Part shown: positions 16,314-25,397 of the stretch, one piece after another
Layout: each line of letters starts with the position of its first letter
How positions within the stretch are numbered: the stretch's first letter is position 1
Source: a virus
DNA length: 64,000 bases
Virus record (IMG/VR): IMGVR_UViG_3300046559_000446
Location: 1 to 64,000 of that record
Reading direction: 5' to 3' (one strand)
Translations under genes and position numbers: made by a program
Notes under the pieces: generated by a model
What the model saw: the letters and a program-made list of their open reading frames with translations, nothing else
Database searches by the model: none
Told to the model about the DNA's origin: nothing

Positions 16314-16591
16314 ACGACACGAGCAAAATGGACGCCGCCAAATACGGGCCGGCTTTTTACGGCAATGTCGGCACGATCGAGAAGCTGACGCTCGGCATGA
16401 TGCTGACGCGGATGCTCAAGGGCGACTTGGCGCTGGCGCCGCCGAATTTCCTGCTGAACCTGGGCATGCTGCTGGTGATGACGGGGCTGCAGCGGATGAA
16501 GACCGACAAGCCCGACCAGGTCATGGCCGACCTCTCGGACTGCGTCATCCGGTCCCTGACCAATATGCAGGCCTGGATGCGCGACCAATGA
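16310..16591 (+). CDS. Early hypothetical protein (93 aa)
   Basis: ATG 16310; helical. Confidence 0.65.
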   Translation: MNDTSKMDAAKYGPAFYGNVGTIEKLTLGMMLTRMLKGDLALAPPNFLLNLGMLLVMTGLQRMKTDKPDQVMADLSDCVIRSLTNMQAWMRDQ

Positions 16592-16788
16592 GGTGCGATC
16601 AGTGCCGGTTTTTCACGGCGCTTCGGGAGCCGTGGAGTTGGCGCGGCTCCTGCAACATCAAGTTGCCGCCTGGCGCCATTACGGACAAGACAGGCGGTTA
16701 TGCGCCCGACACGTTCACGCGCGGCGATTCGGGCTGCGATTTGGGAAAGAAAAGGAAGAAACCGGAGGAAATAGCCGATGAAGCCTGA
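16588..16788 (+). CDS. Cys-containing hypothetical protein (66 aa)
   Basis: MRCDQC.FF...GSC...P...GCD pattern. Confidence 0.65.
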   Translation: MRCDQCRFFTALREPWSWRGSCNIKLPPGAITDKTGGYAPDTFTRGDSGCDLGKKRKKPEEIADEA

Positions 16789-17005
16789 AATGTTGGAAAC
16801 CGTGGGCCAGAACCTGTTCGGCGCTCATTGGATCGGGGAACTGGCGATGCGCCTGGATGTGGCGCCCCGCACGGTGCGGCGCTGGGCCAGGGGCGAGTTC
16901 GCCATGCCGCGCGAGGCTGAAGAGGCTCTGGCGGTGATCGCGCGGGCCAGGGTGCAGGAGGCGGCGCGCGCTTTGGAGGGATTGCTTGCCGCTGGACAGG
17001 ATTGA
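16778..17005 (+). CDS. HTH DNA-binding protein (75 aa)
   Basis: FGAHW..ELAMRLDVAPRTVRRW..GE. Confidence 0.75.
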   Translation: MKPEMLETVGQNLFGAHWIGELAMRLDVAPRTVRRWARGEFAMPREAEEALAVIARARVQEAARALEGLLAAGQD

Positions 17006-17211
17006 AATACGGGCCTAGATTAGGCCCCCCAAACGAGACAAGGCCCGGCCTGTTGGACCGGACCTTGAATTATCACCACCGGGAGAACGGACGGGTCGAC
17101 GGGAGAACGACAGCTAGTCAGTGGCGCTGACTTGACAGCAATCTAGCCTCCCCCGTCATTATTGTCAATGAACGAACCTGCTTTTGCGCGGGCGTGGGAG
17201 AATTTTGTCTG

Positions 17212-17877
17212 ATGGCCGACTACGACGTCGAAAAAATCAAGAAAATCATTCGCATGCTGGAGAGCGAGCACGACGGCGAGGCGGCGGCGGCTGCGCGAAT
17301 GCTGGCGCTGCATGCAAAAAAGCAGGGCCACAACGTCACTGAAATGCTGGGGAGCATTTACGGCGGGGGCGGCGGCGGCATGCTGCAATATAGGCTTGAC
17401 GCCGCCTTGCATATGGTCGAGGTCGCCAAGGAAGCGGTCGCGGTGGCGATGGCCAGGGCTGAAGAAGAGAAGGCCAAGCGCATCGCGCTGGAGCGCCACC
17501 GGGACGCAGGCTTTACGGCGACGTCGGCGCCGCGCCCGCAGCAGGACGATCGAAACGCATTCTGGAACGCAGCAGCCAACGCTCAGGCGCAGCCGCCGCC
17601 ATGGGGGGCTGATCCGTTCAAGCCTGGCTCAGGCGGCTGGAACCCGCCTCCACCGCCCCCGCCTGGGCCGCCTTGGATGGAGATCCTGCGCGAAATGTTC
17701 GATCGGCATGGCGTGTCCATGCTGACGCAGTGGGAGCAAAATTTTGTCGTTGATTTGGTCGATCGCGGCACACGTTACCTAAGCGAAAAGCAGGAAGCGG
17801 TGGTGGTGCGGATCGTGGCGAAGTACCGCCAATGGGAAGACACCGGGAACTGTGGTTTTTACAACGTCGGGCGCTGA
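17212..17877 (+). CDS. Hypothetical protein (DUF2786-like N-terminus, Pro-rich linker)
   Basis: KIKKIIRML.SEHDGEAAAAARML; C-terminal LTQWEQNFV.DL......LSEKQ. Confidence 0.7.
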   Translation: MADYDVEKIKKIIRMLESEHDGEAAAAARMLALHAKKQGHNVTEMLGSIYGGGGGGMLQYRLDAALHMVEVAKEAVAVAMARAEEEKAKRIALERHRDAGFTATSAPRPQQDDRNAFWNAAANAQAQPPPWGADPFKPGSGGWNPPPPPPPGPPWMEILREMFDRHGVSMLTQWEQNFVVDLVDRGTRYLSEKQEAVVVRIVAKYRQWEDTGNCGFYNVGR

Positions 17878-17883
17878 ACGAAA

Positions 17884-17907
17884 AAACGGGGGCTTGCGCC
17901 CCCGTTT
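17884..17907. terminator. Bidirectional terminator hairpin
   Basis: AAACGGGGGC-TTGC-GCCCCCGTTT. Confidence 0.6.
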
Positions 17908-17966
17908 GCAGTTTTTGCCCAAACAACACCCAAAGCAGCCCGAGAGACGAAAAAGGACCGACTTAG

Positions 17967-20864
17967 ATGCCGAATATAGATCAGGGTGCAGGCGGAAGCA
18001 AGGGCGGCGGTGGCGGCGGCTCGCAATATCGCTTTTTTCAGATGATGGCCAATTATGCCGATTTGCTGATCGACGCCGGCTATCCGGTCATCCCGGTCAA
18101 GGGCAAGAAGCCCACGGACGAGGGCTGGCTGGATCGAAAATATAGCAAGGCTGACATGCGCGAGCGCATGCTGGCCGGCGGCAATATCGGCCTGCCTTTG
18201 GGCCGTAAGGTGAGCGACGACACGGCGCTGGTTTCGATCGACGTCGACATCTCGTTTTTAGCTCCTGCCGAGGCGGTGCGCGGCGTCATGCCAGACGGGC
18301 CGACCTGCTATGGCAATCAGCCCAAATTTAAGATGCTGGTCAGGGTGCCGCTGGCCGAGGCTTACTCGCGGGATTATCCCTTTGTGCGCCACAACGGCGC
18401 CGGCGAGGAAAAAATCCAGGTCCAGGTGCTGGGCCAGGGCCGGCAAGCGGTGATTTTTGGCGTTCATCCCGAAACCGGCAAGATGTATTTTTGGGACGCC
18501 GATTCGCAGGGCCGGCGCTTGTTTGAAATGGCGCTGACTGATTGGCCGCTGATCGACAATATTGAGACGCTGATAGGATCGATAGCGAAGGCGCTGGAGC
18601 CGTTCGGCTGGTCCCGGCGGGCGTCTGGCGTCGGCGGGGCCGGGCCTCGCCCACAGGCCTATCCGGAAGGGACGGAGATCCCCGACCGGGTGCTCGATGC
18701 GGTCGAGGCTTACCTAAATCGCGAAATCGCTGCTCTCGCAGCCATGGGCGTCGGGACGGGGCGCGGGACCAAAGCTTTCGAAATTGGCTGCTGGGCCGGC
18801 TTTGCGCTGCGCGATGGCGGCATCGAGCTTGACGATGTGCGGGCCGAGGTGAGCAACGCCCTGGGCGCCGACAATCAGAAAGACTTGCGGCAATTCGACA
18901 ACGGCGTGGCCAAGTCGGACGGGCAGCAATTCGCGGAGCCGGCCATTGACTGGAACGCCGAGGCGGCCAAGGCGGGCCTGGGAGGCGGGCCGCCGGGGCC
19001 TGCGCCAAACGTCACGCCGATCGGCCATGACGGCTACAGGATCGCCCTCGCCACGCTGCACCGGACGATCGAGCGCAGGCATGTGCTGCGCCATGGCACA
19101 GACACGTCATATGCGGCGCTGATCGCGGAGGCGGCGACCCTGTCCTGGCGCGGGTCGCTCTACCGCAACATGGCCGGCGACGTGGTGCGGGTGCTGCCAA
19201 TGGCCGGCGCGCATGGCGTGGCGGCGCCCAAAGGCACGTTGAAGGATCCGACGCCGCCCCAGGTGCGGGTATCGATCCCGACCGACGACGAAGTGCGGGC
19301 AATGATCGGGGACGCGGTCACGACCTGGGAGCGGGTCACAATCCCGGACGAGGGCGGGCCGTCGCATATCGTGCTCAAGCGCGACCCGAACGGCGAGGAC
19401 ATATCGTGGAGCGGCGCCGGCGGGTTAAAGGTCGAGGGCGCAAAGACGGCGGTTTGGGCCAGGCGCGCCGCGCATAATCACGGGCGCGACGCCTGGGTCG
19501 ACGATCGCGACGCCTGGATTAGACAGCCCCTGCCCAAGGGCGCGGTGATTAAGGCGGTGGTGACAAGCTTCCGGGGGTGCGCAGGCACGATCGGGACGCC
19601 CTGGCTCAGGTCTGTGTCTACAGCCCCATCTTTCGGCAGGGACGGGCGCTTGCTGATGGATGACGGGCCGCTGGAGACGGCGGCGGGTGAAATCGTTTTT
19701 ACGGTCCAGGGGGCGATGCGCGGCCATGTCAAGCTGATGCATATTGGCGACGCCAAAAGCATTTTGTTGGACTTCCTGGCCTTGTTTCCGTTTGCTGACG
19801 ACGTGAGCGAGGCGGTGGGCCTGGCGCTGTTTTTCTCGCTAATCGCGCGCGGGGCCTTTGGCGTCGGGCCGGCTTACGTGATCGACGCGCCGGAATATGG
19901 CGCGGGCAAAACTTTCCTGGCCGGCAAGCTGGGGCTGTTCAGCGGCCAGCCGATGAACCTTATCCCGTGCGGCGTCGACAAGGGCGAAGAAGAATTAAGC
20001 AAACGCTTTGAAACGGCGCTGATGACGGAGGCGAGCGGAATGCTTTTGCTCGATGATGTGCCACATGGAAAGATGCCGAACTTTCCGACGATGCGGACCT
20101 ATCTCACGGCGACGACGCCAGAGCTAAAAATCCGGCGGTTCGGCAAAAACGACGATCACAAGACAGTCAGGACAGATGCGACCACGCTTGCGGTCACCGG
20201 CTGCGCGGTCGAAGTGAGCAAGGACATGGTGCGCCGGGTGCTGCGCACGAACCTGGACCCGCGCAAGGCGGCGGACAGGGTGGGCTGGGAGGCGGACCTG
20301 TGCCGGCTGGACCTTGACGCCATGTATGCGGACCCGGCGGCGCACGGGCGCATCCTGGGGGCCGCGCTGACGGTTTTAGACCATAACTGGCGCACCAGGC
20401 CGGCGTCATTGCCGGCGACGCAAAATTATGAGGCATGGTCGCGGGTGGTCAGGGAAGCTTGCAAGGCGGTCACGGGGGAGGATCCCGATGCATCCAGGGC
20501 GGTGCTTGAGGCGATGGACGCCGATCACGAGCAATGGAGCGACACGCTGCTGGCGGTCAGGGCGGCGATGGACGGCGGCGCTGTCGGGTTCACGGTTGCG
20601 GAAATTGTGGAGAAAGTTCAGGCGTCGGGGAGCACGTTCGGGAGCGTGGGCGCGCCTAGCCCGGCTCAGGCGGCGCTCGATCACCTCATAGATGAATTTG
20701 AATTGCGCCGCATTGGGGCGAGCCGGTTTGCGAAACGGCTGGGCCGGTTCCTGCTCAAGCATCGCGATCGGCCAGTGTATGACGCGGGCAAGGAAATTTT
20801 CCTGCGCCAGGCGGCCAAGCGCACAGCATACAAGGGGGAGAAGACAGTCTGGCGGTTCGAATAG
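17967..20864 (+). CDS. Bifunctional Prim-Pol primase fused to a C-terminal P-loop (SF3-like) helicase
   Basis: YPVIPV.GKKP, GNIGLPLG, SIDVD (AEP); later VIDAPEYGAGKT Walker A and LLLDD Walker B. Confidence 0.88.
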   Translation: MPNIDQGAGGSKGGGGGGSQYRFFQMMANYADLLIDAGYPVIPVKGKKPTDEGWLDRKYSKADMRERMLAGGNIGLPLGRKVSDDTALVSIDVDISFLAPAEAVRGVMPDGPTCYGNQPKFKMLVRVPLAEAYSRDYPFVRHNGAGEEKIQVQVLGQGRQAVIFGVHPETGKMYFWDADSQGRRLFEMALTDWPLIDNIETLIGSIAKALEPFGWSRRASGVGGAGPRPQAYPEGTEIPDRVLDAVEAYLNREIAALAAMGVGTGRGTKAFEIGCWAGFALRDGGIELDDVRAEVSNALGADNQKDLRQFDNGVAKSDGQQFAEPAIDWNAEAAKAGLGGGPPGPAPNVTPIGHDGYRIALATLHRTIERRHVLRHGTDTSYAALIAEAATLSWRGSLYRNMAGDVVRVLPMAGAHGVAAPKGTLKDPTPPQVRVSIPTDDEVRAMIGDAVTTWERVTIPDEGGPSHIVLKRDPNGEDISWSGAGGLKVEGAKTAVWARRAAHNHGRDAWVDDRDAWIRQPLPKGAVIKAVVTSFRGCAGTIGTPWLRSVSTAPSFGRDGRLLMDDGPLETAAGEIVFTVQGAMRGHVKLMHIGDAKSILLDFLALFPFADDVSEAVGLALFFSLIARGAFGVGPAYVIDAPEYGAGKTFLAGKLGLFSGQPMNLIPCGVDKGEEELSKRFETALMTEASGMLLLDDVPHGKMPNFPTMRTYLTATTPELKIRRFGKNDDHKTVRTDATTLAVTGCAVEVSKDMVRRVLRTNLDPRKAADRVGWEADLCRLDLDAMYADPAAHGRILGAALTVLDHNWRTRPASLPATQNYEAWSRVVREACKAVTGEDPDASRAVLEAMDADHEQWSDTLLAVRAAMDGGAVGFTVAEIVEKVQASGSTFGSVGAPSPAQAALDHLIDEFELRRIGASRFAKRLGRFLLKHRDRPVYDAGKEIFLRQAAKRTAYKGEKTVWRFE

Positions 20865-20866
20865 GT

Positions 20867-21175
20867 TAGGGGTTTGGGGAAAATTTTGGGGGTTTTATAG
20901 GGGTTTGCGTTCGAGCAAACCCCTAGTCATTTTTCCTGTTAAATCAATGGTTTAGGACGTAATACAGGGGTTTTAGGGGTTTTATTTTATATTTAAGGAA
21001 TAATTTTTATATCTTATGTCTTAATATGAGACATATATAGATGATTTTTCTATATAAAGGTAGCTCGTAAAACCCCTAAAACCCCTAAAATCGAGAAAGG
21101 CCTTTAGAATCATGGTTTTAAGGGCAGGGGTTTGATTTTTCGAAACATCTAAAAGAACCCCTAAGCAAACCCCTA
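20867..21175. repeat. Candidate replication origin: about 11 copies of TAGGGGTTT/AAACCCCTA around an AT-rich core
   Basis: Copies at 20867, 20887, 20898, 20917(rc), 20965, 20974, 21070(rc), 21079(rc), 21125, 21155(rc), 21167(rc); AT-rich 20983-21060. Confidence 0.75.
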
Positions 21176-21225
21176 AACGAAGAAAGACGCCCGGAGGCGT
21201 CAATCTAGTTTACTTTCGTTAAAGG

Positions 21226-21429
21226 TCACGTTTTCGTATACGTTAGGGCTTGTTTTTGTGACATGCCGGTGCGGATCATCAGGCGCAGGAACATCGCGAC
21301 AGGCAAGGGTGGGCCAATTTCGCGCCAGTGCTGATAATGCGTCTGGCGAGAATAGCCGAACAGGGCGGCGCATTGCGGCCCTGTCAATTTCAGATGGCGC
21401 AAGGCCATGCAATATTCGACAGCGTCCAT
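21226..21429 (-). CDS. Small HTH (Cro-like) regulator
   Basis: LRHLKLTGPQCAALFGYSRQT..HW...PLPVAMFLRL. Confidence 0.75.
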   Translation of the reverse strand: MDAVEYCMALRHLKLTGPQCAALFGYSRQTHYQHWREIGPPLPVAMFLRLMIRTGMSQKQALTYTKT

Positions 21430-21644
21430 TATTTGACCCTCGTCTTTTCGATGCGCCAGGTATAGGCGGCGTTTTGGGTGATCGCCAGGCCTTCGTCGCG
21501 CCGATCGTGATTGAAGCGCACGATGCGGAAAGTGTAGCGATAGGCGGCGTCGCCGCGCTTGAAAGCGTCGTCGGCGCAGCCCTGGCGGTGGGCCGCCTGT
21601 TCGGCGGCGCCACGGGCGGTTTTGAAGGTTTGGGCGAGAATCAT
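21429..21644 (-). CDS. Hypothetical protein
   Basis: MILAQTF start after AAAGGAAA; coupled to the HTH gene. Confidence 0.6.
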   Translation of the reverse strand: MILAQTFKTARGAAEQAAHRQGCADDAFKRGDAAYRYTFRIVRFNHDRRDEGLAITQNAAYTWRIEKTRVK

Positions 21645-21661
21645 GGCGGTTTTCCTTTGGT

Positions 21662-22135
21662 TCAGCGATAGGCGCGGGTGGCGTCGGCGTTGCCTTTGAG
21701 GAACGCCAGGGCCTGGCGCTCGTCGTTTTTGGTCATGCAGCCCTGCAGGTTTTCCAGGATCCATTCCAGGCCGGATTCAGTGATCACGAGAGCGTCGCGC
21801 GTGTTTTTGACCAGGATCGGGCCAACGCCGGCGGCGGTGCGACAGTCGCGCTCGGCGTCCCAGCCATAGCGGATGTCGCCGGCGGCGTCGAAAGCCAAGT
21901 CGCCTTTAGCGCCATGGATCAGCACTTGCACGATGCGCGCGTTGCAGGCCGGCGCCAGGCGGGGCTTGTCCGCCGGCGCGTCAAAGCCCTGATAAAACGA
22001 CGAAACGGCGTAATCGTATGTCGACCGCATGCCGAAATGGCATCCGTAATGGCGGTCTTTGCCGAGCTTGCGGGCGAGCTTGCCGGCTTCAAAATACAGG
22101 CCTTCGGCCTTGAGGGTGTCAACGGTTTGGGTCAT
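21662..22135 (-). CDS. Hypothetical protein (157 aa)
   Basis: CAGGAG RBS; leftward operon. Confidence 0.7.
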   Translation of the reverse strand: MTQTVDTLKAEGLYFEAGKLARKLGKDRHYGCHFGMRSTYDYAVSSFYQGFDAPADKPRLAPACNARIVQVLIHGAKGDLAFDAAGDIRYGWDAERDCRTAAGVGPILVKNTRDALVITESGLEWILENLQGCMTKNDERQALAFLKGNADATRAYR

Positions 22136-22164
22136 AACGTGTGCTCCTGTTTGGTGACTTATAT

Positions 22165-22200
22165 GTAAACTGGGTTGACAGGCTTGTCAACCCAGTTGTC
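22165..22200. promoter_or_regulatory. Tandem operators overlapping a leftward promoter
   Basis: GTAAAC-TGG-GTTGAC (22165) and GTCAAC-CCA-GTTGTC (22186); perfect 13-bp inverted repeat 22168-22197; reverse-strand TTGACA at 22185-22190. Confidence 0.75.
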
Positions 22201-22207
22201 GAAAAAA

Positions 22208-22993
22208 TTACGCCTGGGCGCCGACAAAACGCTTTGCGGTTGCGCCGTGGGCGATGATGACCATCGACGCTTTCGCCTTTGCGCTCGTGCCGCCGCAGGC
22301 CTGGCAGGCGTCGCACGACGTCTTCACGCCGGCCTCTTTCGACGCGGGGCAAATCACTTCACCCTTGGCTTTCGCCTCCGACGGGGTGCGGACGCGGAAC
22401 GAGCGCCAGCCGGCGGCGATCGCGTCCGCCAGGTCCGCCGGGCTGTCGCACGACGCCATGCAAATGGTCTTGAGAGCCTGGAAACGAGCGTCGCGCCATT
22501 GGTGCGAATAGCCGTTAGTGAAGGCGGCGCGAAGCGTGGCGGCGCGCCAAACCTGGAAAGGGACCGCAGCCGGGTCGCCATAGGTGCCGAGGCGGAAGCC
22601 CAGGCCGGCGAACAATTCGGGCAGGATGGCGACGTCGTAATCAACGCCCGGCTCGGCGTAGCGATCGCCGCGCACCAGGGTTTCGTAAACGCTACGGACA
22701 GACCGACCGACGTTGACGTAGCAAGCGCCGCCGAGATAGGGGCGCATCAGGCAATCGCCGCACACGCTGCTGTCCAAGCCTTGCTTGAGGGCGACGACCG
22801 GCGACACGTCCGAGCGGATGATGAACGATTGAACCATCGCGCCGGTTTTGGCATTGGTCGACGCTGAGGTGATTTTGTTGGCGATGGCGACGATCGGCGC
22901 GCCATCAATCATCGACGGGCCGCGATAGAGCACGACGCCGCAGAAGCGGTTAGACTTGAGAGCGGCGAGCATGTCGGAGGCTGTGCGGATCAT
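22208..22993 (-). CDS. Cys-rich, non-canonical radical-SAM-like (GP88-related) phage protein
   Basis: NAKTG.MVQ, CGDC-x9-CY, RLGTYGDPAAVP, GYSHQW, GWRSFRV, C-terminal CPAS...CDACQAC. Confidence 0.6.
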   Translation of the reverse strand: MIRTASDMLAALKSNRFCGVVLYRGPSMIDGAPIVAIANKITSASTNAKTGAMVQSFIIRSDVSPVVALKQGLDSSVCGDCLMRPYLGGACYVNVGRSVRSVYETLVRGDRYAEPGVDYDVAILPELFAGLGFRLGTYGDPAAVPFQVWRAATLRAAFTNGYSHQWRDARFQALKTICMASCDSPADLADAIAAGWRSFRVRTPSEAKAKGEVICPASKEAGVKTSCDACQACGGTSAKAKASMVIIAHGATAKRFVGAQA

Positions 22994-23032
22994 TTGGAGA
23001 GGCCTTTTTGTCTGCGGCGTTGAACTGTCCCG

Positions 23033-23127
23033 AATATAGCCAGAGCGTGTTCGGTTGTCAACTAGGTTTACAAATTAAAATAAATTATTTTCGCGCTTGA
23101 CAACTAGGTTGACGCCAGGCATATAAG
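23033..23127. promoter_or_regulatory. Divergent promoters, each overlapped by an operator
   Basis: Left: TTGACA (rc 23056-61)-N17-TATATT; right: TTGACA (23097)...TATAAG (23122); operators GTCAAC-TAG-GTTTAC (23057) and GACAAC-TAG-GTTGAC (23099). Confidence 0.75.
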
Positions 23128-23162
23128 GGCCAGTTAACAACCGCACACGAAAGGCACACGAC

Positions 23163-23468
23163 ATGCTGCAAGTTCAAGGCCTGCCCTTCCACAAGGGATC
23201 CGACGCCTGGCGCGTCATACACGAGGGGCGCATCCTGCCCAAGTATGTGCGCGACGACATCGCCCGCCTGCGTCGCGAGCGGAACGAGTTCCAAGAGGTG
23301 AGGGTGCTGCGCACGGGTGAGCCTGGCTGGATCAGCCGGGCAGAGCAGGCGGCGCGATCGGCGCGCACCTATGCCGAGCATGAGGCGCGCGCCCTGGGGT
23401 GGACCGAGCCAAGCGTCGCCGCCGAGGGCGCCGCCGCTTACGCCGCCGCCCTGGCCGGCGAGGGCTAA
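23163..23468 (+). CDS. Hypothetical protein (101 aa)
   Basis: GAAAGG RBS; first gene after the rightward promoter. Confidence 0.7.
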   Translation: MLQVQGLPFHKGSDAWRVIHEGRILPKYVRDDIARLRRERNEFQEVRVLRTGEPGWISRAEQAARSARTYAEHEARALGWTEPSVAAEGAAAYAAALAGEG

Positions 23469-23728
23469 CGCCCAGGCCCAGGCCTGTCAGGGGGCTGACA
23501 GCCCCCTGACATGGCCGTTCCCGGTCTGTTCTGGCAGGGTGCTGACAGGGGGATCACAGGCCTCGATCGAAAAAATGAGGGGGGTACCCCCGCTAATAGG
23601 CGGCTCAGAGTATACTATAAGCCCCAAAAATTTTTCTATAAAATTTTCCCTGGTTTTCAAACGTATTCGGTTGTTGACCAATAAACGGACATGGGAAACG
23701 AATGCTCTCATTCATTTCCCACGTTTCA

Positions 23729-24109
23729 CTAGGCTTGTTTTGAACTTTTCTCAATCTTCCCCCTAACCTTGATCATGAGGTCATTCAGCCCAGTGACGAG
23801 ATTCTCCAAGGCTTCCAACGTATCGTTCATTTCCCCCGCCGAGTCCCCCTCCCAGGTGTCGATATGCGCCGTAATCGCCTCCAGCAGGTCGATCTTGCTT
23901 TCCTGGACGCCCTCGGCATAGAGGGTGTAGATCTCGAATTGTCTATCCGCGACCCACACGCACATATTTATCCTTGGCAGGATGCGGGTTTCCCACTTCG
24001 ATAGCTTGAAGCCATGGCGGCTGTAGTCGTAAGGCTTGCAGATCTGGGTGAAGGGGTCGTACCCCCCACAGTCGTCCGAAACCATTTCTGGCGCTCTATT
24101 CTTTCCCAT
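23729..24109 (-). CDS. Hypothetical protein (about 126 aa)
   Basis: Strong GGAGGAG RBS before ATG 24109; acidic helical C-terminus. Confidence 0.55.
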   Translation of the reverse strand: MGKNRAPEMVSDDCGGYDPFTQICKPYDYSRHGFKLSKWETRILPRINMCVWVADRQFEIYTLYAEGVQESKIDLLEAITAHIDTWEGDSAGEMNDTLEALENLVTGLNDLMIKVRGKIEKSSKQA

Positions 24110-24224
24110 CTCCACACTCTCCTCCTCCCAATTTCGTACTCGCTTGTCTAACCCGTTTTCGCTCTTGCCGGCAAGCCCATTTCCCTCATATACTCCCCCG
24201 ACCCCTCTCCCGGAGGCCCACGCC

Positions 24225-24788
24225 ATGCCCACCAAGAAGCAAAACCGGCGCATCGCTCGCTACGAGTTAGCGCAGTCCGTTAAGGCGGCGCCGACGCCCC
24301 CGGAGGTCAAGCCGCCGTGGGCCGCTGTCTACACTCCGGAGATAGCCGAGCGGATTTGCGATATGGTCACCGACGGCAAGACCTTGCGCCAGATCGCGCT
24401 GGAGGCGGTCTGGGCGCCCAACGCCCGGATTATGTATTATTGGCTGGAGGAGCACCCGGAGTTCGCGCGGGCCTTCGCGGCGGCGCGAGAGCTATATGCC
24501 GATGACATCGCCCGCGAGATCGTGACCATTGCCGACGAGGCAATCACTGACCTCGATGTCGCCAAGCTGCCCCACCGCATTCACGCCAGGGAGTGGCTGG
24601 CGGTCAAACGCTCTCCTCGCTTCTACGGCGATCGCCGCCAGGTCGAGACGGTTTCCAACGTCAATATCAACACCTTGACCAAGATCGACATTTCCCGCCT
24701 CACCAACGAGGAGCTTCTCCAGGCCGAAAAGGCGCTGCAGAAAGCGATCGGGCATTCCAGCCATAATCCCGAAGACGATGAGGAGTGA
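24225..24788 (+). CDS. terS: Terminase small subunit (Sf6 gp1-like)
   Basis: YTPEIAERIC.....GKTLRQI, YWLEEHPEF, YADDI..IAD, REWLA.KRSPRFYGDR; GGAGG RBS. Confidence 0.88.
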   Translation: MPTKKQNRRIARYELAQSVKAAPTPPEVKPPWAAVYTPEIAERICDMVTDGKTLRQIALEAVWAPNARIMYYWLEEHPEFARAFAAARELYADDIAREIVTIADEAITDLDVAKLPHRIHAREWLAVKRSPRFYGDRRQVETVSNVNINTLTKIDISRLTNEELLQAEKALQKAIGHSSHNPEDDEE

Positions 24789-25006
24789 CCCTGCCCATGC
24801 CCCCCTTCAAGCCCGCTCCCCGCTCCCTGGTGGATATTACCGTCGAAGGCCCGAAACCCTATGAAGGCCGGATCTTCCCGCTCAACGTCCAGTTTATCGA
24901 CGGCGAGTGGAAGATGCAGGTCATTCCCGCCCACCCCTCGACGGAGCCTGCTTTTTGTTTCGCCATCAAGGATCTCAAGACCTGGGCGCCGGCGGGGCAT
25001 TTATGA
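24785..25006 (+). CDS. Hypothetical protein between terS and terL
   Basis: GTGA overlap. Confidence 0.55.
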   Translation: MTLPMPPFKPAPRSLVDITVEGPKPYEGRIFPLNVQFIDGEWKMQVIPAHPSTEPAFCFAIKDLKTWAPAGHL

Positions 25007-25215
25007 AAATCCCCAACCCGATTTCCCTGCTTCAGGACTGGTGGGCGGCGCAACAGCGGGCCATCGACGTTCAATACCTCTGGCCGATCTGCAAGGAACA
25101 GGCCCGCGACTTTGCTGAGGCCCGCTACGTTTTCGCCATTCACGCCATTTGCGATCCCGCCTGGCTGCGGCTCCCGGTCGAAGAAATCAAGCGCCAGATC
25201 GGGGAGTTGCAGTGA
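25003..25215 (+). CDS. Hypothetical protein between terS and terL
   Basis: ATGA overlap. Confidence 0.6.
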   Translation: MKIPNPISLLQDWWAAQQRAIDVQYLWPICKEQARDFAEARYVFAIHAICDPAWLRLPVEEIKRQIGELQ

Positions 25216-25397
25216 AGAACGACCCTGCTCTTAAGCTGGGAATTTCCCTCTCTTCGTCCTGCGACTGGGCGCCGATGTGGTTCGGATCCTACACTGCCTG
25301 CGTCCACGCCTGGCGCTTTATCAATCCCGACTGGGAGAATCATTTGGCCGCCATTTCTTATATGCTGGCGCTTGATAAAGGCATGGTGTTCGGATGA
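25212..25397 (+). CDS. Hypothetical protein between terS and terL
   Basis: GGAG RBS, GTGA overlap. Confidence 0.5.
   Translation: MKNDPALKLGISLSSSCDWAPMWFGSYTACVHAWRFINPDWENHLAAISYMLALDKGMVFG

Noticed and set aside
17030-17170. Possible tRNA or ncRNA in the 17.0-17.2 kb gap
   Set aside because: No cloverleaf or T-loop GTTC; only an imperfect hairpin and TTGACA/TGTCAA boxes without a convincing -10
20867-21175. TTAGGGG-like repeats as eukaryotic telomere or contamination
   Set aside because: Dispersed in both orientations inside a continuous phage gene order; better explained as iterons
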